This document shows positions 26,840-38,852 of a stretch of DNA of 64,000 nucleotides, in pieces (position 1 is the stretch's first letter; each line of letters opens with the position of its first letter). The notes under the pieces were generated by a model. The model was not told where the DNA came from. It ran no database searches and saw nothing but the letters and a program-made list of their open reading frames with translations. Source of the DNA: Octopus vulgaris (Eukaryota); contig OX597829.1 in assembly GCA_951406725.2 (NCBI GenBank), positions 50,964,001 to 51,028,000 of the forward strand, in the 5' to 3' direction. The translations under genes were made by a program, and so were the position numbers.

Positions 26840-27072
26840 GGTATCATGTAAAACTGTCGTATGTCCAAATTTGGCCAAATGCGTTTTTTTTTTCAATCTT
26901 TATTTTTGCTTGCAATAGCCAGTTCTTTTGGTCAAACTATCGTATCTCCAGATGCCAAGACATCAAAAATTGTCAAAGTGTAGTACAAAGGTTTTGCTAT
27001 GGAATGAAGAAACTATTTTTTCGTTTTCTGAAAAAGCAAAATTTTGGACTTATGACACTTCTGCATAATAGC
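26840..27072. mobile_element. MITE with ~30 bp imperfect TIRs
   Basis: gtatcatgtaaaactgtcgtatgtccaaa / ttttggacttatgacacttctgcataata. Confidence 0.55.
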
Positions 27073-27919
27073 ATCTATATATATATATATATATATATAC
27101 ATATATATACACACGTATATATACATACATACATATACACATACACACATGTATATATACATTATATGAGAATAATTATATCTTCAAGAGGGTTCACCAT
27201 TTAGATTTGTGGAATGTAGCCTTGGCCAAGAGGAATTATTGTCATCAGATGGTATTCAACAATCATTGCATGTTTTGACCTTCAACTTTAATACCATCCC
27301 ATTAATGAGTCAGCAGTGATGGCCATATGACTGACCAACTAACCAACCCTATAGCTTTCAGCTTACTTCCTCTTTCTTGCTCCATAACAATATGTATTGT
27401 GTGTGTGTGTGTTATAGGATCAATCATGTGGTCCCAGTTTCAATTCTACTGCATGGCATCTTGGGCAAATGTCACTTTCAATATCCTGGGCTCAACCTGT
27501 GCCTTGTGTTTGAAATTGGGTAGATGGAAACTGCATAGAAGCACATTGGATGGACTGTAACTGTAATTCAAAGATCCAATCTTACTCTGTGAAAACATGC
27601 TGATTCCACTTAAGAACTGCATTAAGGGTACATGTGTCTGTGGAATACTCAGCCACTTGTAAGCTAATTCAATGAACTAAGCAACAGTTTAGTTGATTGG
27701 ACAATTGAATGCTCATGGTTGGAAATTCTAATTGACATCTATTTATGTAAGAGTGAATGTATGTATAATATATATACTTTAATATCAAACATCAAGAATG
27801 AGTGGTCAGCACTTTATTGGTTGCATTTTCATCCAAAATGGAAACAAGTACCAACATTTTCATGTGGTATGCTTGAACAATTGTGAAGATCACTTCACAT
27901 GAAACCATTGGTTGCCCTG

Positions 27920-28346
27920 TGTTATGCAAATTAACCCAACTGATAACAACCCAGACATTTGTGGTCCCTCAAGAACCAGACAGAGATCTAACTGAAATGT
28001 CTTCGCCTCCTAGAGATAACCCTCCAAAACTAAAAGAAGAATCCTCTCAACTGTGTTGATATCAAAGAATCCGGAAGGCTCTAGAAAGGCTTGATCTATG
28101 AATTTTTTCTTTTTTTTTTAGGTGGTAGTGAATGTTATGCAAATTGTGCTATGATTTGAATTACTTCCCTTGATATAAAGGGTATGTGCATTTGATGTTC
28201 AGAGAGAGAGAGAGAGAGAGTGGCCCTTTTGAATAACATAAGTTGATTCGAGAATATTGTGGATAACACTGTACGATGCCTTAGTGTTTTGGACTATGAC
28301 TGGAAATTAGGTTCTTTGAACCAGGAATTACTGGTCATACATAACA
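27920..28346 (+). mobile_element. Collapsed Gypsy-type LTR retrotransposon: 13-bp 5' LTR stub, pol C-terminus, PPT, 214-bp 3' LTR (28133-28346)
   Basis: 5-bp TSD CCCTG on both sides; LTR TGTTATG...CATAACA; ..QRIRKALERLDL* then a purine tract. Confidence 0.8.
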
Positions 28347-28774
28347 CCCTGTTAACATCATCATCATCGTTTAACGTCCGCTTTCCATGCTAGCATGGGT
28401 TGGACGGTTTAACTGAGGGCTAACCCACAAATAAAACAAGAAGTGTGTGTGTGTGTACACACTTATATAGGTGCAGGCACAGTTGTGCAGTAGAAAGTTT
28501 GCTTCTCAATCTTATCGTTCCAAGTTCAGTCCCACTGCAAGGCACCTTGGCCAAGTATCTTCTACTGTAGCCCTGGACAAACCAAAGCCTTATTGGTGGA
28601 TTTGGTAGTTAGAAACAGGAAGCTTGTTGTATATCTATGTATGTATCATCATCATCAGCATCAGCATCGTTTAACGTCTGTTTTCCATGCTGGCATGGGT
28701 TGGACGGTTTGACTCGGGTCTGGGAAGCCAGGAGATCTGTGTGTGCGTGTGTGTGTGTGTGTGTATTCTCTTTA

Positions 28775-29024
28775 TTTTTTTTACATGTTTCAGTCATTTG
28801 GCTATTGCCATGCTGGAACACTGCCTTAAAGGGATTTAGCCAAAGAAATCGACCCCAGGATTTATTCCTTGTAAGCCTAGTATTTATTCTATCGGTCTCT
28901 TTTGCCAAACTGCTAAGTTATGGGGATGTAAACACACCAACATCAGTTGTCAAGCAATGGTGGCGGGGGGCACAAACACAGCTACACACATATATGTGTG
29001 TGTGTGTATGTGTATATATATATA

Positions 29025-29066
<42 letters not shown>

Positions 29067-29190
29067 GGGCTTCTTTCAGTTTCCGTCTGCCAAATCCACT
29101 CACAAGGCTTTGGTTGGCCTGAGACTATAGTAGAAGACACTTGCCCATGGTGCCATGCGGTGGGACTGAACCAGGAATCAAGTGGCTGGG
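28775..29190 (-). mobile_element. SINE type A, older copy
   Basis: Diverged consensus match. Confidence 0.85.
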
Positions 29191-29959
29191 AATCACAGTA
29201 CACCTATAGCACTGCGCAATTCTGTCAATACACCTACCCACCACCACCACCACCAGACCTACCCGCATCACACCATCTGTAATTCCACCTATTACCTCTC
29301 TGACCTATTCCTACTTTCTTCATCTGGATGCCACCTAAAAAAACTGATATTCCTCATTGACCTCACCTCCACCCATGTTCTGCATTTACTTCTATCTGTC
29401 TCTATCCATCTACCACTCACTAACATAGAGGGTGTGTTCCACCTGGGGCATCCCTTCAGTTTGTCAAACCCAGGCCCCTACGAAAAATACATATTGCTTA
29501 AAGCAGACCAAAAAGTGGTGCCACCCAGGGAAGACTGCCCCCTCCCACTAACTCTAGCTACACTAGTGCTGCCACTTTCCTTTCACAATCTCACCCACTC
29601 ACCGTATCCAATTCTTTGTATCGATTCTCTTGTATTCACCTCCCTGTACCTTAAGGGTATTCCACAACATATCTTCGCCACCACCACCATCATCTCTCAC
29701 TTTTCCAACCGGGTTAATTATGTATCTCCTCTACATCAAGGCACCTGTTACCTGTCCTATCATTACTTTAACCTATTATCACCTGGTATAAAAAATCACC
29801 CCTCCCCCCTTCAATACAACATCCCCACCTGCTCAGTTGATATGTCTTGCAAGTTACTTGGTAACATCATCAGTATGGGTGCTACATAGAAAGCACCCAG
29901 TACACTTTGTAAAGTGGTTGGCATTAGGAAGGACATCCAGCTGTAGAAACCTACCTAAA

Positions 29960-30380
29960 AAGCGGCGAGCTGACAGAAACGTTAGCACACCAGGCAAAAT
30001 GCTTAGTGATATTTCATCTTCCATTATGTTCTGAGTTCAAATTCTGCTGAGGTCAACTTTGTCTTTCATCCTTTCGGGGTCAATAAATTAAGTACCAGTT
30101 ATGCACTGGGGTCGATGTAATCGACTTAATCCGTTTGTCTGTCCTTGTTTGTCCCCTCTGTGTTTAGCCCCTTGTGGGTAGTAAAGAAATAGGTATTTCA
30201 TTTTGTCTTTACATTCTGAGTTCAAATTCCACTGAGGTCGACTTTGCCTTTCATCCTTTCGGGGTCGATAAACTAAGTACCAGTTATGCACTGGGGTCGA
30301 TGTAATCAACTTAATCCGTTTGTCTGTCCTTGTTTGTCCCTTCTGTGTTTAGCCCCTTGTGGGCCATAAAGTAATAAGAA
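29960..30380 (+). mobile_element. SINE type B (Nin/Deu-like domain) dimer
   Basis: Two ~185 bp bodies containing 'tttcatcctttcggggtc.ataaa.taagtaccag', B box GAGTTCAAATTC. Confidence 0.85.
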
Positions 30381-30479
30381 ACCTATAGTAAAAGACACTT
30401 GCCGCTGGTGCTGTGCAGTGTGACTGCACCTGAAACCACATGGTTACAAAACAAACTTCAGCAAAGTATTTAAAGTAAC

Positions 30480-30900
30480 AGGCGCAGGAGTGGCTGTGTG
30501 GTAAGTAGCTTGCTAACCAACCACATGGTTCCAGGTTCAGTCCCACTGCGTGGCACCTTGGGCAAGTGCCTTCTACTATAGCCTCGGGCCGACCAGTGCC
30601 TTGTGAGTGGATTTGGTAGACGGAAACTGAAAGAAGCCCGTCGTATATATGTATATATATGTACATGTGTGTGTGTATGTTTGTGTGTCTGTGTTTGTCC
30701 CCCTAGCATTGCTTGACAACCGATGCTGGTGTGTTTACGTCCCCGTCACTTAGCGGTTTGGCAAAAGAGACCGATAGAATAAGTTCTGGGCTTACAAAAA
30801 GAATAAGTTCCGGGGTCGATTTGCTCGACTAAAAAAGGCGGTGCTCCAGCATGACCGCAGTCAAAATGACTGAAACAAGTAAAAGAGTAAAAGAGTAAAA
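30480..30900 (+). mobile_element. SINE type A, full length
   Basis: Consensus match with (TAAAAGAG)n tail. Confidence 0.92.
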
Positions 30901-31339
30901 GGGAGAGGTCTTTAAGGTTTCCTCTGTCTTTTATCTCTTTTAATCAGAAGATTCTTGTCTGATTGCGCCCCCCCCCCCCCCACTATAGCAATGTATGCCG
31001 GCTTTGACTTTGTTGTCTCCAGCCAACACACTTCACCTCTCGGTCTGATAATGCCTCTCGCACTCATTGAAACATAAGCTGTTGACATTAATACAGATCC
31101 ACATCACTGAACCGCTTAAACTTTCATTTCAATACTTGAGTTTCACGGCTGCCACTACAGCAACAGCAACAACAACACAAAGGCAATATTCTGTGCATTA
31201 TCATGGTCTTTTCAAACCTGCCACATGCCACCTACATTCATTCATTCATACAATGAAATGAAGATAGTGTAAATGAGAACTTCCTGGTCATGCAAGAAGT
31301 GCAGGGTTTTTTTTAGAAAACAAGATCTACCAAGTTGGG

Positions 31340-31775
31340 ATTTTCCCATTTCCAGTGCATGAAGGCAAAAAATGGCACTAGTGAAACACAGAGGTCCCAA
31401 TGCAACTATGTAATGATATGAAGGCGGCGAGTTGGCAGGAAGGCGGTGAGCTGGCAGAAACGTTAGCACACTGGGCGAAATGCGTAGACGTATTTCGTCT
31501 GCCGTTACGTTCCGAGTTCAAATTCTACCGAGGTCGACTTTGCCTTTCATCCTTCCGGGGTCGATAAATTAAGTACCAGTTACACACTGGGGTCAATGTA
31601 ATCGACTTAATCCGTATGTCTGTCCTCTCTGTATTTAGCCCCTTGTGGGTAATAAAGAAATAGGTATGTTTTTACAGTGCACACTTGTTAGGGTTAGTTT
31701 TTAGGGTTAGCGTTACGTAGATACATTGGGACCTCTGTATTTAAGTAGTACCAAAATCTGATCTCCCAGCACTTA
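31340..31775. mobile_element. TIR element with a nested SINE type B (31420-31668,+)
   Basis: Inverted repeats agaggtcccaatgcaactatgtaa / ttacgtagatacattgggacctct flank the SINE. Confidence 0.6.
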
Positions 31776-31839
31776 AGACACTAATACAATAGCGCCCTAA
31801 AAACATTGCCCCCCCCACTTAGCTAGCCCAGACAAAAAA

Positions 31840-33050
31840 TAATTCTTTCTACTATTGGTACAAGGCCTGGATTTTGTGGGGAGGAGGATAGCCAATTATG
31901 TCGATCCCAGTACTCAACTGGTACTGAAAGGAAACAGTCAACCTCAATGGAATTTGAACTCAGAACGTAGCAACAGGTAAAATATGGGTAAGCATTTTAC
32001 CTGGTGTGCTAACGATTCTGCCAGCTTGCCACCTTAATAGAAAATACTACTACTAATAATAATAATTCTTTCTAATATAGTCACAAGGCCTGAAATTTGG
32101 TGGGAGGAGAGTAGTCGATTACATCAACCCAAGTGTTTTACCGGTACTGAATTTATCGACCCCGAAAGGATGAAAGGCAAAATCGACCTCGGCGGAATTT
32201 GAACTAAGAACATGAAGACAAATGAAATACTGCTAAGAATTTCTGCCAGCTCCTTTCTACTAAAGGTACAAGGCCTGAAATTCTGGGGGAAGGGACTCCA
32301 GTACTCAACTGGTACTTATTCCATCGACCATGAAAGGATGAAAGGCAAAGTCAACCTCGGCAGAATTTGAACTCAAAACACAAAGACGGGCGAAATATCA
32401 TTAAGTAATTCGCCCTGCATGCTAACGATTCTGCCAACTCGCTGTCTTAATAATTATAATAATCATCATCATCATAAACGTGGCAGAATAGAAAACTATT
32501 TGATTCCCAACCACATGATTCCAGGTTCAGTCCCACTGCGTGGCACCTTGGGCAAGTGTCTTCTACTATAGCCTCAGGCCAACCAAAGCCTTGTGAGTGG
32601 ATTTGGTGGACAGAAAACTAAAAATACCTGTCGTGTGTGTGTGTATACATGTGCATGTTTGTGTATCATCTCCTCTTGGCAACCAGTGTTTGTTTACGTC
32701 ACCTTAACTTAGTGGTTAGACAAAAAGAGGTCGATAGAATAAGTACCAGACTTTAAAATAAGTACTGGGGACAATTTGTTCGGCTAAACACTTCAAGGTG
32801 GTGCCCTAGCATGGCAGCAGTCCAATGATTGGAACAAGTGAAATGCGACAAAGAAAGATAAATAATTCTTTTTACTGCAGGCAGAAGACCAGAAAATTAG
32901 AGGGAAGGAGCTAGTCATTTACATCATCCCCAGTATTCAACTGGTACTTATTTTATCGATCCCAAAAGGATAAAAGACAGAGTTGACCTCGACGGAATTT
33001 GTACCCAGAACGTAAAGAACCAGATGAAATGTCGCTTAGCATTTTGACCG
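31840..33050 (-). mobile_element. Cluster of four older type B SINEs with the alternative tail, plus an old type A (32478-32840,+)
   Basis: Repeated 'aaggcctgaaattt...gtcgattacatc...aaaggcaaagtc.acctc..ggaatttgaactc' units, mostly next to TAA tracts. Confidence 0.8.
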
Positions 33051-33120
33051 ACTATCGCAGGTGTTACGTTCCAAAACCAGCCTGCGATAGGTCAAATTCC
33101 GCAAAGTAGAAACAGTACTG

Positions 33121-33530
33121 TACTCTTTTACTCTTTTACTTGTTTCAGTCATTTGACTGCGGCCATGCTGGAGCACTGCCTTCAATCGAGCAAATCGACC
33201 CCGGGACTTATTCTTTGTAAGCCCAGTACTTATTCTATTGGTCTCTTTTGCCGAACCACTAAGTGATGGGGTCGTAAACATACCAGCATCGGTTGTCAAG
33301 TAATGCTAGGGGAACAAACACAGACACACATACACATATATATATATATATATATATACATATATATGACAGGCTTCTTTCAGTTTCCGTCTACCAAATC
33401 CACTCACAAGGCATTGGTCGGCCCGGGGCTATAGCAGAAGACACTTGCCCAAGATGCCACGCAGTGGGACTGAACCCGGAACCATGTGGTTGGTTAGCAA
33501 GCTACTTACCACACAGCCACTCCTGTGCTG
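33121..33530 (-). mobile_element. SINE type A
   Basis: Consensus match. Confidence 0.92.
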
Positions 33531-33744
33531 TATATATATTTTTTATTATTTTTATAATTTGTATATATTTATTCCATTATAAATGCAAAACAACACCACG
33601 GAGGAATCGACTTAAGCTTAAACAATAAACCACGATAGGTGAACAGTGATATAGCCAGGGATTACTGTACATACGTAAATAAATAAATATTTCGTTTTTG
33701 TATCTGGTTTGCAAGATTCTTTATGTGAATTTGTGTGCTAAAAC

Positions 33745-34432
33745 AAATTTTGTTGTGTCTGGGGAGGGTCATACAGCCTTAATATCCAACACACTCACCG
33801 GTTCAATTCCCACTCATTTATTATTTATATTTTTTCCTTCCCAAAACTTTTGCTGCTTTTCCAACCCTTGTCAATGGATGTTGACTCTCAGCAAAAGCAG
33901 CGAAAACTTTGGAAAAAATATAAAGAATAATTGAGTGGAAATTGAACCGGTGAGTGTGTTAGATATCAAGCTGGGATCTTTACGGTTTGAACGGCAGTTT
34001 TTTTCTAGCGGTGTCATATGAAATTGTCACCCATAATTATGACCCTAGTATCGATCTATTGAATTTCAATCTGTTTTAGGATTAGGGTTAGGGTTAGGGG
34101 TGGGGGAAGGGTATCTTTTTTCTTCAGAAATGTAAATAAACCCAATCTGTTTCTTAAACGAGGGACATTTTCATACGGCACAGAATGTTTTCACCTCAAT
34201 AAACGGTCATTGATTGGTTGAAATTGCAGAAATTGAAGCAAAAGACAACAAATATCTTACAAACTATAGAATTTTCTCACTAAAAGCCAAGAGAAAAAGA
34301 TGTTTTATAAACACATTCTACCAGTATACGAAGTTTGAAAGTGTTTAAGTTACGTGGAAATTATTTTAAAAGAACTGCCGTTCAAACCGAAAAGATCCAT
34401 CAATGTTGTATGAGTGTCTCCAGACACAACTA
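33745..34432. repeat. Fold-back element (~115 bp arms) whose right arm is split by a MITE
   Basis: cacactcaccggttcaattcccactca / tgagtggaaattgaaccggtgagtgtg; the arm resumes at 34400 (tgtatga...tccagacacaac). Confidence 0.8.
33973..34398. mobile_element. MITE with GGATC termini (Merlin-like); copies at 42501-43325 and a relative at 43970-44222
   Basis: TIRs ggatctttwcggtttgaacggcagtt / aactgccgttcaaaccgaaaagatcc; imperfect 8-9 bp TSD; internal TTAGGG repeats. Confidence 0.8.
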
Positions 34433-34643
34433 AATAAATATCAAAACTGAAAAAGGCACTCTGAAATAGCTGCGGCATGAGTTAGCCTCTAATATTATGC
34501 TGAGATGCAGAGCCACGGAAATTATCTAAACTCATCGCTTTCCTCTGTAATCACCGCGAGAATCTACAGAATTTACAGTTTCAATTAGTTGCTCACCCTG
34601 CAGGAAATAGCGACTAAATTTCCATCTTCGCACACTAATATCT

Positions 34644-35206
34644 ACAATAGGCCCAAAGGCCTGAAATTTGTGGGGAGGGAACTAGTCGATTACATCGACC
34701 TCAGTGTTTCACCGGTATTTAATTTGTTTGTCGACCTCGAAAAAATGAAAGGCAAAGTCAACCTCGGTGGAATTTGAACTCAAAACATAAAAACAGACGA
34801 AATACGTATTTCTTTACTACCCACAAAGACAAACAAGGACAGACAAATGGATTAAGTCGATTATATTGACCCCAGTACGTAAGTGATACTTAATTTATTG
34901 ACCCCGAAAGGATGAAAGGCAAAGTCGACCTCGGCGGAATATGAAATCAGACCGTAGCGGCAGACGAAATACCTATTTCTTTACTACCCACAAGGGGCTA
35001 AACACAGAGAGGATAAACAAGGACAGACAAAGGGATTAAGTCGATTACATCGACCCCAGTGCGTAACTGGTACTTATTTAATCGACCCTCAAAGGATGAA
35101 AGGCAAAGTCGACCTCCGTGGAATTTGAACTCAGAACATAAAGACGGACGAAATACCGATAAGCATTTCGTCCGGCGTGCTAACGTTTCTGCCAGCTCGC
35201 CGCCTT
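34644..35206 (-). mobile_element. SINE type B trimer
   Basis: One head, three bodies; 12-bp TSD ACACTAATATCT at 34632-34643 and 35207-35218. Confidence 0.88.
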
Positions 35207-35866
35207 ACACTAATATCTTAATGATAGTTTCAAATTTTGGTACAGAGGGTAAATTTTGAGGGTAAATGAAGTCAATTACAGTGACTCCAGTAGTCGATTG
35301 ATACTCAATTACTGACTCCTGAAAGGATGTGTGAATCGAGCTTGGTGGAATTTGAACTCAGAATGTAAAGACGGACAAAATGCCGCTGAGCATTTTGTCC
35401 GACGTGCTTTAAAATTCTGCCAGCTCGTCAGTGGATTGTCGCCACTTGGATCTAACTATAATAGCCGTGAGATAAACAACATTAACATCAGGCATACAGA
35501 ATCAGTGAATACAAAACATAGTTCAACGTGCCCCAGACTGCCATAGAGGAGGTCAGCTTAGATGAGATATGTTATTTATAGCCTGGTCATCGAATCTGTG
35601 GGGTCACCTCAGTTCGTTCGGCGATTACCTACATGCTATAAGTGGTACTCATATGTAGGACAGCATTGTGTAAATAGCGTGCGAATTGCCAGTGATGTGG
35701 CTGCTATTTTTAGCAGGTCGAACGACCACGTGTAGGTTCGCGACCCTATAAAAAAGCGAAAAGCAAAACGTTACAAGCGCCCAACTATCTGTACATTTCG
35801 TCATTTCTAACAGCTCATTGCTTATACAGATTACATTTCCCTTCTTTCCTGCTTAATCTCCTATAG

Positions 35867-35961
35867 ACAGGCATCATCCTCCTCGAACAACCTCAGCACT
35901 TCACCGCCGGACCTCCACTCCCGTGACCTTGAAAGCAGCCTAGTCACTTTCAGTTGCACAG
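35867..35961 (+). other. Candidate internal exon (3' boundary uncertain: 35961 GC donor or 36024 GT donor)
   Basis: Strong polypyrimidine tract + TAG acceptor at 35866; open frame QASSSSNNLSTSPPDLHSRDLESSLVTFSCT. Confidence 0.3.
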
Positions 35962-36096
35962 GCAAAATAGCTCCACTTACACACACACTCACAGTTATGT
36001 GCATTAAAGCAATGTGTAAACAGGGTGCGCTGTTGCACCACACCCTGTCTACACAGTGAACTAAAGGCAACTAAAACCCTCGAATTTGCTAAAAGG

Positions 36097-36474
36097 TCTC
36101 TCTCGGTTACGACGACGAGGGTTCCGGTTGATCCGATCAACGGAACAGCCTGCTCGTGAAATTAACGTGTAAGTGGCTGAGCACTCCACAGACACGTGTA
36201 CCCTTAACGTAGTTCTCGGGGATATTCAGCGTGACGCAGAGAGTGACAAGGCCGGCCCTTTGAAATACAGGTACAACAGAAACAGGAAGTAAGAGTGAGA
36301 GAAAGTTGTGGTGAAAGAGTACAGCAGGGATCACCACCATCCCCTGCCGGAGCCTCGTGGAGCTTTTAGGTGTTTTCGCTCAATAAACACTCACAACGCT
36401 CGGTCTGGGAATCGAAACCGCGATCCTACGACCGCGAGTTCGCTGCCCTAACCACTGGGCCATTGCGCCTCCAC
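36097..36474 (-). mobile_element. SINE type D, full length
   Basis: A box TGGCCCAGTGG, B box GGTTTCGATTCCC; tail shared with 60935-61110 and 27560-27725. Confidence 0.88.
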
Positions 36475-37009
36475 TTCTCTCTTATAATCTCCCATGATAA
36501 CACTTCCAGCCATCCACATAAACAAAGTTGGCTAATACCAGTGGTACAGAAAAGAATCTCAGTGCCCCAGATGGGTGGGCCAATACACTTTTGGCGCTCC
36601 TAATTTTGCTTTTCTTTTGACCTATAATGAAATTTTATAACAACAAAATTTCCTCTGGCGGTAGATTAACAGAACTCATTAGGACGGCTGACAAAGTGCA
36701 TTGCAGTATTTGTTCCGGTTCTCTATGATCTGCGTTCAAATCCCGTCGCGGTCGGCCTTGCTTCTTTAACCTTTCGAATCCGATAAATAACGTATCAGCC
36801 AAATAAATACTTGGTCAATATTATCGGCAGTTCTCTTTTTCTTGAATTCCTTGGTTTGAGTGCTTGTACCAGAAGCAGTTCTAATTAGCCAGAGGAAATT
36901 TTGCGCCCGATGCCAACTGTCTGTTCCTTGTTTTCGCTTTACTTTTCAACAACAGGACCAGAAATTACTTTATTTTTCATAAAATGTAGAACCTCAGCAA
37001 AATTCGAAG

Positions 37010-37105
37010 ATGAATGCCGTGAAGGGACGAAAGAAGAAGTCAAACCCGAAAGCAAAGAGAAATGACATCACGCCAAGAAGCAAGGCATTCGTCCAGATCA
37101 AATAC
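37010..37105 (+). CDS. Candidate first coding segment of an unidentified gene (MNAVKGRKKKSNPKAKRNDITPRSKAFVQIKY) within exon 36956-37105
   Basis: Acceptor ttttcgctttacttttcaacaacag|G at 36955/6; in-frame upstream stop; AAG-ATG context; donor AC|GTTAGT at 37105/6; non-repetitive sequence. Confidence 0.4.
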
Positions 37106-37239
37106 GTTAGTATGGTTGGGGTCAACTTTCTTCCTGACCCCCGCTGCGTCTTCCACCTCAACACCTATTTTCAGAATGACTCCAATTGTTATACTCCTTA
37201 GGTCGCACCATACGATCCTTTTTTTCTGTTTTGTACACA

Positions 37240-37466
37240 TACTTATTTCTTTACTACCCACAAGGGGCTAAACACAGAGAGGACAAACAAACAGATTAAG
37301 TCGATTACATCGACCCCAGTGCGTAACTGGTACTTAATTTATCGACCCCGAAAGGATGAAAGGCAAAGTCGACCTCGGCAGTATTTGAACTCAGAACGTA
37401 ATGGCAGACAAAATACGGCTGCGCATTTCGCCCGGTGTGCTAACGTTTCTGCCAGCTCGCCGCCTT
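37240..37466 (-). mobile_element. SINE type B monomer; other copies 15190-15400(-), 45935-46140(+), 51990-52200(-)
   Basis: Consensus match from 'aggcggcgagctggcagaaacgttagc'. Confidence 0.88.
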
Positions 37467-38096
37467 TATACACACACCAGATGCCCTTCACATGACCCTC
37501 CGCTCTCACTCTCTCCAAGACATCTCGCATTACTGTAATTGTCTTCTCTCCCAATTTATCGCTCCGGTTCAATCCTTCAGCTCGCCTCTTGATATAGCTA
37601 CATACCGTTCGGAGCCATCCTGCATCAGGACAGTGTCCCACCAGTTTCCCCAAATATCGAGAACCGCTCTCGCCTATTCATATCCTGGTGCAAGTCTGAG
37701 ATCTCATTCACCTTGTTTTAACCCTTTCGAGCTTGAGTACCAGCGCTGTGCCTCCTCCTATAGTCTCCGGTGGTTTCGTTGTTAATCCGAACCTTCTCAG
37801 ATTACCCATGACTTCCTCTGCTGATGTCACATTATCTACCATGATGTCATCGATATACGAACTAGTGACTGCTCCACCCTGACCCATTTCCTCCAAATCA
37901 CCTGGTTTTTGACGCTATATTCAAACCAAAACCCAACCGATTCAGTACGTTCCGTCCGTCTTCCTCACTAAACTCGTACTTCCACAATTTCTCAAACACA
38001 CAAAACTGCAGATAGACGACTTGAGGTCAACGGTTATAGCCGCTCCTGTCATTCGCCTCCACCCCAGCAGGGTTTCCTCCACATGCGTCAGCAGGA

Positions 38097-38358
38097 CGAT
38101 TGTTCGAAAACAATTATTCGAAAAGCATTTATTCGAATGGAAAATTGTATACTCTTACTCTTTTACTTGTTTCAGTCCTTTGACTGTGGCCATGCTGGAG
38201 CACCGCCTTTAATCGAGCAACTCGACCCCGGGACTTATTCTTTGTAAGCCTAGTACTTATTCTATCAGTCTCTTTTGCCGAACCGCTAAGTGACGGGGAC
38301 GTAAACACACCAGCATCGATTGTCAAGCAATGCTAGTGGGACAAACACAGACAAACAA

Positions 38359-38408
<50 letters not shown>

Positions 38409-38852
38409 TCGGCAAAAAGAGACTGATAGAATAAGTACTAGGCTTACAAAGAATAAGTCCTGGGGTCGATTTGCTCGACTAAAGGCGGTGCTCCAGCCCG
38501 TCGTATATATGTATATATATATATATATACGACGGGCTTCTTTCAGTTTCCGTCTACCAAATCCACTCACAAGGCTTTGGTCGGCCCAGGGCTATAGCAG
38601 AAGACACTTGCCCAAGATGCCACGCAGTGGGACTGAACCCGGAACCATGTGGTTGGTAAGCCAGCTACCTACCACACAGCCACTCCTGCGCCTATGATTG
38701 AAAATTATACGAAATGTTAATTATTCTAAATTTTTCTTTTATTTTATTTAAACAAAAATGATAAAATTAAAAATCAAGTACACGAATGATATTTATTTCG
38801 AATAGTTGTTTTTCGAATAACTGTTTTTGAATTATTGTTTTCGAACAATTTT
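38097..38852. mobile_element. MITE with TCGAA-rich TIRs inserted in Gypsy RT, carrying a type A SINE (38149-38695,-)
   Basis: attgttcgaaaacaattattcgaaaa / ttttgaattattgttttcgaacaat. Confidence 0.7.

Noticed and set aside
29182-29889. 235-aa ORF
   Set aside because: Runs across a SINE end, a MITE and a pyrimidine-skewed RTE UTR; no coherent domain.
34076-34100. TTAGGG repeats suggesting an interstitial telomere (also 31690, 41958, 42602)
   Set aside because: Only 2-4 units, internal to dispersed MITE-like repeats.
35747-35754. TATAAAAA box before the 35867 candidate exon
   Set aside because: Adjacent to a short dispersed repeat and common by chance in AT-rich DNA; the downstream signal looks like a splice acceptor rather than a TSS.
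36400-36474. tRNA-Arg-like sequence (also 15723, 22295, 13936, 61258)
   Set aside because: A and B boxes are present but there is no proper cloverleaf; these are SINE heads continuous with SINE bodies.
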